DNA of 64,000 nt from Malacoraja senta (Eukaryota): contig CM075996.1 of assembly GCA_038087875.1 (NCBI GenBank), positions 6,388,001 to 6,452,000 of the forward strand, given 5' to 3'. Shown here in pieces: positions 51,594-61,675 of the stretch. Position numbers and translations under genes: made by a program. The stretch's first letter is position 1; each line of letters starts with the position of its first letter. Under the pieces are notes generated by a model. The model was not told the origin of the DNA and did not search any database. It saw nothing but the letters and a program-made list of their open reading frames with translations.

Positions 51594-53561
51594 CTAAGAG
51601 AGGTCCAGCTGGTACACGGTGATGAACCCGTTGCCTTGGGTGACGACCAGATTGTTGCAATTGTCGACGGTGATGACGCGTGGTTTGTGAAGGCCGTCGG
51701 CGGCAGTCAGCAGCTCCTCCCGGAAGTCCCCGCCGGGCCAAAACAAGAGGATCCGGTTCCGCTCGGTGACCATAATATTGTCGTCTTCGTCCGTGCAGAT
51801 GCTGTAGGGACAGATCGCCCGGCCCACTCCGTTCACGGTGACCTGGTCACAGGTGGTGAAGACGTAGCCGTCCCTGTCGAAGATCAGGATGCACTTCTTG
51901 CCGCAGTCGGCCACGATGAACCGTTCGTCGCTATTGATGGCGAGGAAGAGGAAGCGCCCCCCCTCGTAGCCGTACGGCTGCACCCTGTCGACCACCTGCC
52001 CGTTGATGTCGTACAGGGAGAGGGAGCACATGGAGCCCTCGCTCACCGCCACGTATTCATCCTGGTAGGCGGCGAGGTGGTAGACGGACTCGGAGCCGCG
52101 GAGGAAGAGCTTCCTCTGCATGGTCCCGTCCATGTCCAGCATGTACAGCCGGTTCCCAGACGAGCAGGCAATGGTGTCGTCAAAGATGGCAACACTGCAT
52201 GGTTCGTCATCATCGTCCGGCAGTGAGATGGTCGCGGTGAGATGCCCGTAGTTGGTGAAGGATTTCAGAAGGGAATTGTCCTCGTCCGCCACCACAATGA
52301 TGCCGTCACTGGAGATGCTGACGCCCGTCAGCTTCGGATCACACACGTCACCACCCAGCTCCGTTTCGAAGCAATGTAGATTCCATGCCCTCTGCTTGGG
52401 TTGGGGAAGGGGAGCGAAGGCCGGCGGGCTCTTGCGCGGCTCGATTTTCGCTGGAGCGGCCAGGATCTTGGGGGCTGAGTCTTCGCCAAAGGTGACGCTG
52501 AAAAGGTTGGAGTGAGACAGTATGCTCTTGAGCGACTCGTTGACGGTCAGGCTGGGGCGGGTCTTCTTGTCGTCCGGGACCCTCGGCGCTTGGAGTCCAT
52601 CGATCTGTTCTTCCACGACGGACCGCAGGCAGACTATTTCCCTCATTTTACCGGAATCCAAGACCCCCTGGGAAAATTCCCTGGTGTCCTTCGCCTTCTT
52701 GATCTTGAGCTGAATATCATCCCGCGCGACCTTGTACAACTCTTCCTGCTCCCTGACGTAACTGGAGAGCATGTCCTTGATGGTGTCACCCTGTTTCATC
52801 AAGTTGTTTGTGACCTCGGTCAGGGTGCACTCTATCATAGACATCAGAGATCTTTCCGTCACCTTCATCCCCTCCATTGCCTGGACGATGTCGTCTTCCT
52901 GTTGGACCAGCGACTGTGTGTCAGTCTTCAGTCTCTCCATGAGATTCATCACCGTAGGTGTCTCTGTGGCCCCTGCCTTGGCCAGGGACACGTTCGAGTG
53001 CTTGGCGTGGGCGTGCGAGGAACAACTGCTGCAGATCACGCTGTTGCAGGTGTTACAGAGATAGTCCACCAGGGTTCCTGGGTGGCCCTGGCAGTAGATC
53101 ATCTTCTGCATCTTTGTCTCTGCCTCGCAAGGGGCGGCGCCGTGACCGGGCAGATCTTCCAGCTCGTGGCATGGGTTGGCAGTCCCGTGGGTGAGTTTGC
53201 AAGGCGGGCAGAGGCACTTGAGGCAGGTTTTACACTGAACAACGGCGGCAATCTCGCTGCGACCAGCTGTCGCGCACCAACTACAGATCACCTTCTCGTT
53301 CTCCTTGCTCTTGAAGATATCCATCAGACTGTTGATGTGAAAGTTAGTCTTGAGTTTGCTGACGCCACCACTCACATCAAACTCTTCCCTGCACTCCGGG
53401 CACTGCACCTTCTGGTCTGACCTAACCATCTTCTCCAGGCACCCGTGGCAGTAGGTGTGGGCACAAGGCAGCATCTTGGGCTGCGTGAACCAACTGAGGC
53501 AGATCTTGCAGTTTAATAGATCATTTTGTATAAGATCCGTAATATCCCCCGACATGGCCAT
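51594..53561 (-). CDS. TRIM56: TRIM56-like E3 ubiquitin ligase (RING, B-boxes, coiled coil, NHL-like repeats), single coding exon, 655 aa
   Basis: RING CKIC..PK.LPCAHTYC..CL..V.CPECR..KTNF.IN.L.D closely resembles TRIM56. B-box2 C..H.....Y.C.TC...IC..C....H..H; NHL-type motifs IVVADEDN, FIVADCG and KPR.ITVD. No filamin domain is visible. Splice acceptor tgttgcAG at 53576. Orthology is not proven. Confidence 0.93.
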   Translation of the reverse strand: MAMSGDITDLIQNDLLNCKICLSWFTQPKMLPCAHTYCHGCLEKMVRSDQKVQCPECREEFDVSGGVSKLKTNFHINSLMDIFKSKENEKVICSWCATAGRSEIAAVVQCKTCLKCLCPPCKLTHGTANPCHELEDLPGHGAAPCEAETKMQKMIYCQGHPGTLVDYLCNTCNSVICSSCSSHAHAKHSNVSLAKAGATETPTVMNLMERLKTDTQSLVQQEDDIVQAMEGMKVTERSLMSMIECTLTEVTNNLMKQGDTIKDMLSSYVREQEELYKVARDDIQLKIKKAKDTREFSQGVLDSGKMREIVCLRSVVEEQIDGLQAPRVPDDKKTRPSLTVNESLKSILSHSNLFSVTFGEDSAPKILAAPAKIEPRKSPPAFAPLPQPKQRAWNLHCFETELGGDVCDPKLTGVSISSDGIIVVADEDNSLLKSFTNYGHLTATISLPDDDDEPCSVAIFDDTIACSSGNRLYMLDMDGTMQRKLFLRGSESVYHLAAYQDEYVAVSEGSMCSLSLYDINGQVVDRVQPYGYEGGRFLFLAINSDERFIVADCGKKCILIFDRDGYVFTTCDQVTVNGVGRAICPYSICTDEDDNIMVTERNRILLFWPGGDFREELLTAADGLHKPRVITVDNCNNLVVTQGNGFITVYQLDLS

Positions 53562-53989
53562 GATGTGGACACAACCTGCAACAGATCAGAGGACACAATG
53601 AGGTAGTTGAGGCTGGTTAGACAGGTACAGTTAGACAGGTACATGAATGGACAGGTTTGGAGGGATATGGACAAAGCACAGGCATGAGGGAAACAGCTGT
53701 TTCCACACTGACTATGAGAAGTTTGCTCACGGAAAGTTTGGGTCCGTGAATCAAGAGTGTTTTATTTTCACACCAGACGCCCTGTGGAACTGTTGGATCC
53801 TCGTTGTGACGCCAGTCAAGTACACACGGAAGTATTTTGGCGATCCCCATCAGCCGCGCCCGTGCAGTTGGGGGAGGGTTGCCGGGCCCGGTATCCGCGC
53901 CTGCACAGTTGGGGGATGGTTGCCGGGCATCTTAATCTCGAAGAATTAAAGACATCCATTTGTATCATTAGAAAATAGACATCCTAATT

Positions 53990-54146
53990 GGCCTGTCCCA
54001 CTTAGGTGACTTTTTAGGCGACTGCAGGAGACTATGCGGGCTGGTGAAGGAAGCGATGTATGTGTGCGTGTTTACTCTGACAGTTTTACCGGCGACTGCC
54101 AGTGACTTGACATTCGCCTTAAAAATCGCCTAAGTGGGACAGGCCC
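53990..54146. mobile_element. Harbinger-type MITE
   Basis: GGCCTGTCCCACTTAGG / CCTAAGTGGGACAGGCC termini. Confidence 0.8.
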
Positions 54147-54635
54147 ATAAGCAAATTCAGCAGGTGAAAGAAATACGTGATCTCAACTTTGATCTTAGCT
54201 GATCTCAACTTTGTTAGAGTATGGATGGAGGTTGGTGACAGCAAACAGTTAGTAGTTGGAAACGGGATCAATAATCAGCAAGAATTAACTGACGACAGGA
54301 AGTGTGCATGTGCTTTTGAGAGTGGTTTGCCGGCAGGGTCAGTTTTCTCTCAAAAGTGCCCCTAGCTCCGACTGCACAGTTAAACATGCTGCTCTCCAAC
54401 TTCACCCAAGCATCAAACATGACCCCGACTTCAGCTTCCTACCACACACCTAAACATGCGTTCAAAACATTGGCACCTGCTGGAATATATCTAACAAGGC
54501 ATAAAGTGCTGGAGGAGGGCAGTGGGTCCGACAGCATCTCTGGAGAATACACCCGTTCATTGGGTCCCCATCGTGACAGGGGAAGAACTGCAGGTGCTGG
54601 CTTAAATCGACGATAGATACAAAATGCTGGAGTAA

Positions 54636-54857
54636 AGCCCCTGTCCCACTTGGATGACCTATGCCGACCTTTTACTCGTGGACATTTTTTAATCAGGTTG
54701 GAAAAAACGCTGCAACCTACTTGAGGCCACGAGTATGCGGAGACCACTCACGAGCATGAGGAAGAGTTACGAAGACCTTCCACGACCATGCTGCGAGTAC
54801 GTCAAGGGTAAACTCGGCAGAGGTCGGCAATTAGGTCATACAAGTGGGACAGGCTCT
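54636..54857. mobile_element. Harbinger-type MITE with TAA TSD
   Basis: TAA|AGCCCCTGTCCCACTTG...CAAGTGGGACAGGCTCT|TAA; the empty site GGAGTAACTCAG is present in the paralog at about 57551-57562. Confidence 0.88.
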
Positions 54858-55310
54858 TAACTCAGCATCTCTGGAGAGCAGGAATATTCACAACGGCCCG
54901 TGGACCTTTTGTGATGCCAGATGAACTGCAGATGCTGGTTTAAATCGAAGGTAGACATTACGGGTCCACGGGCCGTCTAGTATTCTTTAAAAATCACTGC
55001 CGATTGTTTGAGTTCAAATTCCTCAGGAGGTGGAGACGGCGGACGTGAGGAGCAAGGGCCGGTAGGAGGGTGAAGTGGGTTAATGCCTCCATCCAGCACC
55101 TTCAGGCTCGGCTGCAGGAGGAGCCCCCGGGACACAAAGATGGCCGGGCGTGGAGAGGAGAGGGACGTCGGTTCGCGGGAACTATAATATTGACTTATAT
55201 CGAAGATAGACACAAAGGGTCCACGAGCCATCTACTATTCTTTAAAAATCAATGCTTGAGTTCAAATACCTCAGGTCGTCGACTGCCGCGTTCAATATTT
55301 GACCACTCAC

Positions 55311-55530
55311 CTGTGCACGAGGCAATTCTCAGCAAAAATGGCAGTCCCGGGCGGGCAACTCTCCCCCAACTGCGCAGGCGCGACGGCCGCGTTCAAACGT
55401 GTACCGTTGAACCTTCCCCCAACCACGCAGGCGCGGCTGAGTGACGGGGCCGGCAATTGGGAGTGCAGTGCGCAGGCGCGGCTGACGGGGCCGGCAAGTG
55501 GGCGGGCACTGCGCAAGCGGGACTGCCGCT
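55311..55530 (-). promoter_or_regulatory. Candidate TRIM promoter and non-coding exon 1 (CpG-rich)
   Basis: Minus-strand CAG|GTGAGT donor at 55311/55310; YY1-like AAAATGGC at about 55335; NRF1-like TGCGCAGGCGCG at 55371 and 55469. Confidence 0.5.
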
Positions 55531-55865
55531 TTCAAACTTTTGTGCCGTTAACTTGACAGAAGGTCAATTGAAGTTTATGAAGGGAATAGATGACGTGTGG
55601 AGCCGTTTGTAAAATAGAAGGAAACTTACCCGTGGACCCGTTGCGAGGCCAGTTAACTGCACAGGTAAGTATGAGATAAAAAAGGCGACCTGAAAATTGC
55701 CAAAGGCAACCCTCAAAGGAAAAGGTAAAAGGGTTGCACGTAATTTCATCGGGTCAAAAGGCGTGACGCACGGAGCCGCTCAATCCGTCTGGAGGACATG
55801 GCAACCTCGGCATACACTGTTAACACACGAAACGCGTACTTTCTTACCAGTTAAAAACCGACGAA

Positions 55866-56070
55866 ATGGTCAATTTTTGCGCTGAAAATAATTGTGGAAA
55901 TCAGGGGAACCGTGAGAGACATTTATCCAACTTCAGAATTCCAAAAATGAAGTGAGAAGCGACAGCTGAAGGGACAACAACAGCTAAAGTAGTTTGCGAA
56001 CATTGGTCGTGCAGACATCAAGATTTAAAATATTGGGAATTATCACGTTTGCTCACTGCATTTCATCAAC
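55866..56070 (+). pseudogene. Degenerate THAP zinc-finger domain, probably from a DNA transposon (about 55727-56490)
   Basis: MVNFCAENNCGN..RERHLSNFRIPK, then in a shifted frame *FANIGRADIKI*NIGNYHVCSLHF: the THAP C-x-C..P..W..VCS.HF pattern with stops. Confidence 0.75.
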
Positions 56071-57466
56071 AGAGGCATTATTTGTGGTTTTTCTTGATTC
56101 CTTTGGTATCTAAAAAGTTTCAGGTGATAAATCTGGCTATAAACTTTTAAAATCGCCCATAGTTCTCAAGTGGGTTTTTACATACAAAATGAAAACGCTT
56201 CTGAAGCTAAATTTATCATTAAAAAAATCTCCAGACTTACGAGTGGTGTGTGGAAAAGTAAGTTTTCTATCATTATGCTAATGAGATGTATATTTTGGCA
56301 AATAATAAAATGTCCTGACAGCTTAAACACCCAGTCCCTATCAAAGATATTGTCAATTTGCTGAGGTTGATTATGTCCAATTAATAGCTAACAAACAATT
56401 ATGCCATTCATTGGCTTGCATCTGAGTAAAATGTAATTCAAAACCCACTTATGGTTTGCGATTTTTCTAATGATATGTAAAAAAGTAGCAATGATAAAGT
56501 CCTAGCCTGTCCAACCTCTCCCTGTATCTCAGGCATCTCGAGTCCTGGCAACGTCCTTGTAAATCTTCTCAGTACCCTTTCCAGCTTAACGATTTCGCAG
56601 AGATGCTGCCTGACCCAGAGATCAGCCATCCATGTCCTCCAGAAATGTTGGCTGAAGACTAAAGATGCTGCCCAATGCTTGAAGATGCATTTGACCAAAT
56701 GTAGCAGCCTGAGGCAGATGGACACAGCCAGTGTGGATATGTTGCCACTCTATACAAACTCACAGGAGAAACTCACTGATGTTAAAGAACTTCATAAAAG
56801 TTTAGTTAATTTTTTAATTACAGCAACGAAAGAGCGCATTGAGGCAAACGAGAGATTGGATCGAAAGGAATTAGTTGTTTTTTTTAGCTTGTGGGAAAAC
56901 GACATTTTGATAAGCTCTTGTACTCACGCTATAAACATAAATCACAAATATAACTAGATTAATTGGCGACTATTAATTATGCTTGAGAACTAATCAAAGA
57001 CCAAAGAGAGACACAAAAAGCTGGAGTAACTCAGCGGGTCAGACAGCATCTCTGGAGAAAAGGAATTGGTGACTTCTCGGGTCGAGACTCTTAATCAAAG
57101 TGCAATGTGGACTTCAACCAAGACTTGGTTAGTAATCACTAACATTACGTTTAGTTTAGATAATTAACCGATCACTGGAAGTGAGCATGTGCTTTTGAGT
57201 GGTTTGCTGGCAGGGTCAGTTTTCTCTCAAAAGCGCCCAGAGAGCTCCGACTGCACAGTTAAACATGCTGGTCTCCAACTTCACCCAAACATCAAACATG
57301 ACCCCGACTTCAGCTTCCTGCCATACACCTAAACATGCTGCAAAACATTGGCACCTTCTGGAATATATCTAACAACAAGGCACAAAGTGCTGGAGGGCAG
57401 TGGGTCAGGCAGCATCTCTGGAGAATACACCGGTTCGTTGGGTCCCCGTTGTGACGCGGGAAGAAC

Positions 57467-57500
57467 CAAAGATACTAGAGGAACTCCTCTAGTATCTTTG
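57467..57500. mobile_element. 34-bp TIR-only DNA transposon derivative with 8-bp TSD
   Basis: CAAAGATACTAGAGGA-AC-TCCTCTAGTATCTTTG flanked by GGAAGAAC on both sides; a single GGAAGAAC at the paralogous site 54581-54588. Confidence 0.9.
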
Positions 57501-58187
57501 GGAAGAACTGCAGATGCTGGCTTAAATCGACGAGAGACACACAAAATGCTGGAGTAACTCAGCATCTCTGGAGAGCAGGAATATTCACGACGACCCGTGG
57601 TGACGCCAGATGAACTGCAGATGCTGGTTTAAATCGAAGGAAGTCCACTGGCCGTCTGGTATTCTTTAAAAATCACTGCCGATTGTTTGAGTTCAAATTC
57701 CTCAGGTGGTCGAGATGGTGGAGACGGCGGACGTGAGGAGCAAGGGCCGGTAGGAGGGTGAAGCGGGGTAATGTCTCCATCCAGGCTCGGCTGCAGGAGG
57801 CGCCCCCGGGACACAAGGATGACCGGGCGGGGAGAGGAGAGGAGGGGAACGTCGTTTCGCGGGAACTATAATATTGACTTAAATCGAAGATAGACACAAC
57901 GGGTTCACGGACCGTCTACTATTCTTTAAAAATCACTGGCGTTTGCATGGGTTCAAATACCTCAGGTCGGCGACTGCCGCGCTCAATATTCGACCACTCA
58001 CCTGTGCACGAGGCAATTCTCAGCGAAAATGGCGGTCCCGGGCGGGCAACCCTCCCCCCAACTGCGCAGGTGCGGCTGACGGGGCCCGCACTGCGCAGGC
58101 GCGACGGCGGCGTTCAAACTTGGGCCGTTGACGGTTGAACCCTCCTCCCAACTGCGGATGCCGGGCTGAGTGACGGGTCCGGCGGCA

Positions 58188-58385
58188 GGTGGGAGCGCAC
58201 TGCGCAGGCGCGGCAGACGGGGCCGGCAAGTGGGAGCGCACTGCGCAGGCGCGGCCGACGGGGCCGGCAAGTGGGAGCGGACTGCGCAGGCGCGGCCGAC
58301 GGGGCCGGCAAAAGTGGGAGCGCACTGCGCAGGCGCGGCTGACTGACGGGGCCGGCAAGGTGGGAGCGCACTGCGCAGGCGGGAA
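58188..58385. repeat. GC-rich ~41-46-bp minisatellite (5 units)
   Basis: GTGGGAGCGCACTGCGCAGGCGCGGCCGACGGGGCCGGCAA units; the TGCGCAGGCG core starts at 58201, 58242, 58283, 58326 and 58372. Confidence 0.92.
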
Positions 58386-58774
58386 CTGCCGCGAGCGTTC
58401 AAACTTTTGTGCCGTTGACTTGACTGCAAAAAGTAAATGAAAGTTTATGAAGAGAATAGACGACCTGTGGAGTCGTTTGTAAAATAGAAGGAAACTTACC
58501 CCGGGACCCGTCACTCAGTCAAGTGTACAGGTTAATATGAGGCCAGTCAAGTGCACAGGTTAATATGAGATAAACAAAAGGCGATCTGAAAATCACCAAA
58601 GGTGACCCTCAATGGAAAAGGTTAGATGGAGCATCGACCTGCATTACACAGTAACTAACTGGACACTGTGAACAGCTTGATTGTAATCATGTACAGTCTT
58701 TTCTCTGACTGGATAGCACGCAACAAAAGAGCAGTTCACTACACCCTGGTGATGGACTCCTCTTTACTTTAAAG

Positions 58775-59494
58775 GCTGTTCCTCCGGTACTTCTGTCAAG
58801 AAACCCGAGAGTTGAGTGACGCTGAGATGGACAGTTTGGTCTCCGCTGGGGATGGAGATGGAGATGGAGACGGCAGGATTGGACAATAGACAATAGGGTG
58901 CAGGAGTAGGCCATTCGGCCCTTCGAGCCAGCACCGCCATTCAATGTGATCATGGCTGATCATCCACAATCAGTGCCCCGTTCCTGCCTTCTCCCCATAT
59001 CCCCTGACTCCGCTATCTTTAAGAGCTCTATCCAACTCTCTCTTGAAAGCATCCAGAGGATTGACCTCCAGTGCCTTCCGAGGCAGAGAATTCCACAGAT
59101 TAACGACCCTCACGATTTCACGAGTGAAAACGTTTTTCCTCATTTCCGTTCTAAATGGCTTACCTCTTATTCTTAAACTGTGGCCCCTGGTTCTGGATTC
59201 CCCAACATCGGGAACATGTTTCCTGCATCTAGTGTGTCCAAACTCTTAATAATCTTATATGTTTCAATAAGATTCCCTCTCATCCTTCTAAATTCCAGAG
59301 TTACAAGCCCAGCTGGTACATTCTATCAACATCTGACAGTCCCGCCATCCCGGGAATTAACCTTGTGAACTTACGCTGCACTCCCTCAATAGCAAGAATG
59401 TCCTTCCTCAAATTTGGAGACCAAAACTGCACACAATACTCCAGGTGTGGTCTCTCTAGGGTCCTGTACAACTGCAGTAGGATTGATTGCGATG
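58775..59494 (+). pseudogene. Duplicated orphan parvalbumin exon (EF-hand exon) disrupted by a CR1
   Basis: LFLRYFCQETRELSDAEMDSLVSAGDGDGDGDGRI then CR1 (58882-59478), then the remainder ATTGCGATG|GTAGGT. No accompanying exons are seen in this copy. Confidence 0.92.
58882..59478 (-). mobile_element. CR1 3' fragment with 7-bp TSD
   Basis: AGGATTG at 58875-58881 and 59479-59485; CR1 C-terminal motifs on the minus strand. Confidence 0.9.
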
Positions 59495-59831
59495 GTAGGT
59501 TTATACACATTTAAAAACGCCTCACTGCGTTTGAGCGGCTTGGTGGCGCAGCGGTAGAGTTGCTGCCTTACAGTGCCAGAGAACCGGGTTCGATCCTGAT
59601 TATGGGTGCTGTCTGTATGGAGTATGTACGTTCTCCCCATGACCTGCATGGGTTTTCTCCCAGATATTCGGTTTCCTCCCACACTCCAAACTCGTGCAGG
59701 TGTGTAGGTTAATTGGCTTGGTATGAATGTAAATTGTCCCTTGTGTGTGTTGGGTAGTGTTAGTGTGCGGGGATCGTTGGTCGGCGCGGACTCGGTGGGC
59801 CAAAGGGCTTTGTTCCGTGCTGTATCTCTTA

Positions 59832-60816
59832 TTATCCCTTGCTCCCAATTCCTCCGTCTATGCCACATCTGCGCCCAAGATGAGGTGTTCCATACCAGCA
59901 CATCCGTAATGTCCTCATTCTTTAGGGAACGGGGGTTCCTTTCTTCCATCATTGATGAGGCGCTCACACGTGTCCTCGGTACTCCGCAGTTCCGCCCTTG
60001 CTCCCCCTCCCCCTCCCCGTGTCTTAATAGAGACGGAGTCCCCCTAGTCCTTACCTTCCACCTCATCAGCCGTCGCATACAACACATAATCCTCCGAAAT
60101 TTTTGCCACCTCCAACGGGATCCCAACACTAGTCACACCTTCCCAGCTCCACCCCTTTCCACCTTCCGCAGAGACCATTCCGCAACTCCCTGGTTAATTC
60201 ATCCCTTCCGACCAAAACCCCCCCATCCCAGCTACCTTCCCCATCAAACCCCTCCTTCAACTCTGTCCAGGGACCCCGACAGCCCTTTCAGGTTAGGCAG
60301 AGGTTCACTTGAACCACCTCCAACCTCATCTACTGTATCCGTTGCTCAAGATGTGGACTCTCATACATCGGCGAGACCAAGCGTAGACTGGGCAATCATT
60401 TCGCTGAACACCTTCGCTCAGTCCGCCTGAACCTACCTGATCTCCCGGTTGCCAAACATTTTAATTTCCCCGCCCATTCCCACACTGACCTTTCTGTCCG
60501 AGGCCTCCTCCATTGTCAGAGTGAGGCTAAATGCAAATTGGAGGAACAGCATCTTGTATTTCGCTTGGGCAGCTTACAACCCAGCGGTATGAAGGTTGAT
60601 TTCTTTGAATTCAAGTAACCTCGGCATTCCCCCTCTCTCTCTATCCCCCTCCCCACCCAAGCTGTGCCAGTTTCCCGTTCTCACCCAACAAACAGCTAAC
60701 AATGACCTGTTTCCTTTATCATTGTTACTTCTTTGCATATCTTTCATTCATTTGTTCTATATCTCCCTACATCATCGTCTATATCTCACGTTTCCCTTTC
60801 CTGTGACTTTCAGTCT
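59832..60816 (+). mobile_element. Penelope-like element remnant (paralog of 46928-47745) with longer 3' region
   Basis: IPCSQFLRL.HICAQDEVFH..PLVLTFH..YIGETKRRLG..FAEHLRSV. Confidence 0.9.
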
Positions 60817-61675
60817 ACCTCCGGCACTTCGTTCCATACACCCATCACCGTTTGTGTCAAAGAGTTACCCCTCAGATTCCTATTAAACCATTTCCCCTTC
60901 ACCTTAAACCTATGCCCCCTGGTCCTCGATTCCCCCATTCTCTGGGCAAGAGACCCTGTGCGTCTATCCAATCTATTCCTCGCATGATTTTGTACACCTC
61001 TTATAAGATCACCCCTCATCCGCCTGTGCTCCAGGGAATAAAGTCCTAGCCTGTCCAACCTCTCCCTGTTGCTCAGGCATCTCGAATCCTGGCAACGTCC
61101 TTGTAAATCTTCTCAGCACCCTTTTCAGCTTAACGATTTTGCAGAGATGCTGCCTGACCCATAGATCAGCCATCCATGTCCTCCAGAAATGTTGTTTGAA
61201 GAGTAAAGATTCTGCCCAATGTTACTTGAAGATGCTTTTGACCAAATGTAGCAGCCTGACACAGATGGACACATCCAGTGTAGATATGTCACCGCTCTAT
61301 ACAAACTCACAGGAGAAACTCACTGATGTTAAACAATTTCATAAAAGTTTATTTAATTTTCTAATTACAGCAATGAAAGAGCACATTGAGGCAAACGAAA
61401 GAATGGATCGAATGGAATGATCAGTTTTTTTTAGCTTGTATGAAAGTGACATTTTGATAAGCTCTTGTACTCACGCTATAAACATAAATCACAAATATGA
61501 TGAGATTAATTGGTGACTGCCATGCTTTAGAGAGCTAATCAAAGAGAGACAAAAAGCTGGAGTAACTCAGCGGGTCAGACAGCATCTCTGGTGAAAAGGA
61601 ATTGGTGACTTTTCGGGTCGAGACTCTTAATCAAAGTGCAATGTGGACTTTAATCAATACTTGGTCTGTAATATT

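Noticed and set aside
52512..53420. 302-aa and 196-aa plus-strand ORFs opposite the TRIM gene
   Set aside because: Antisense shadows of a GC3-rich coding exon, with no recognisable motifs.
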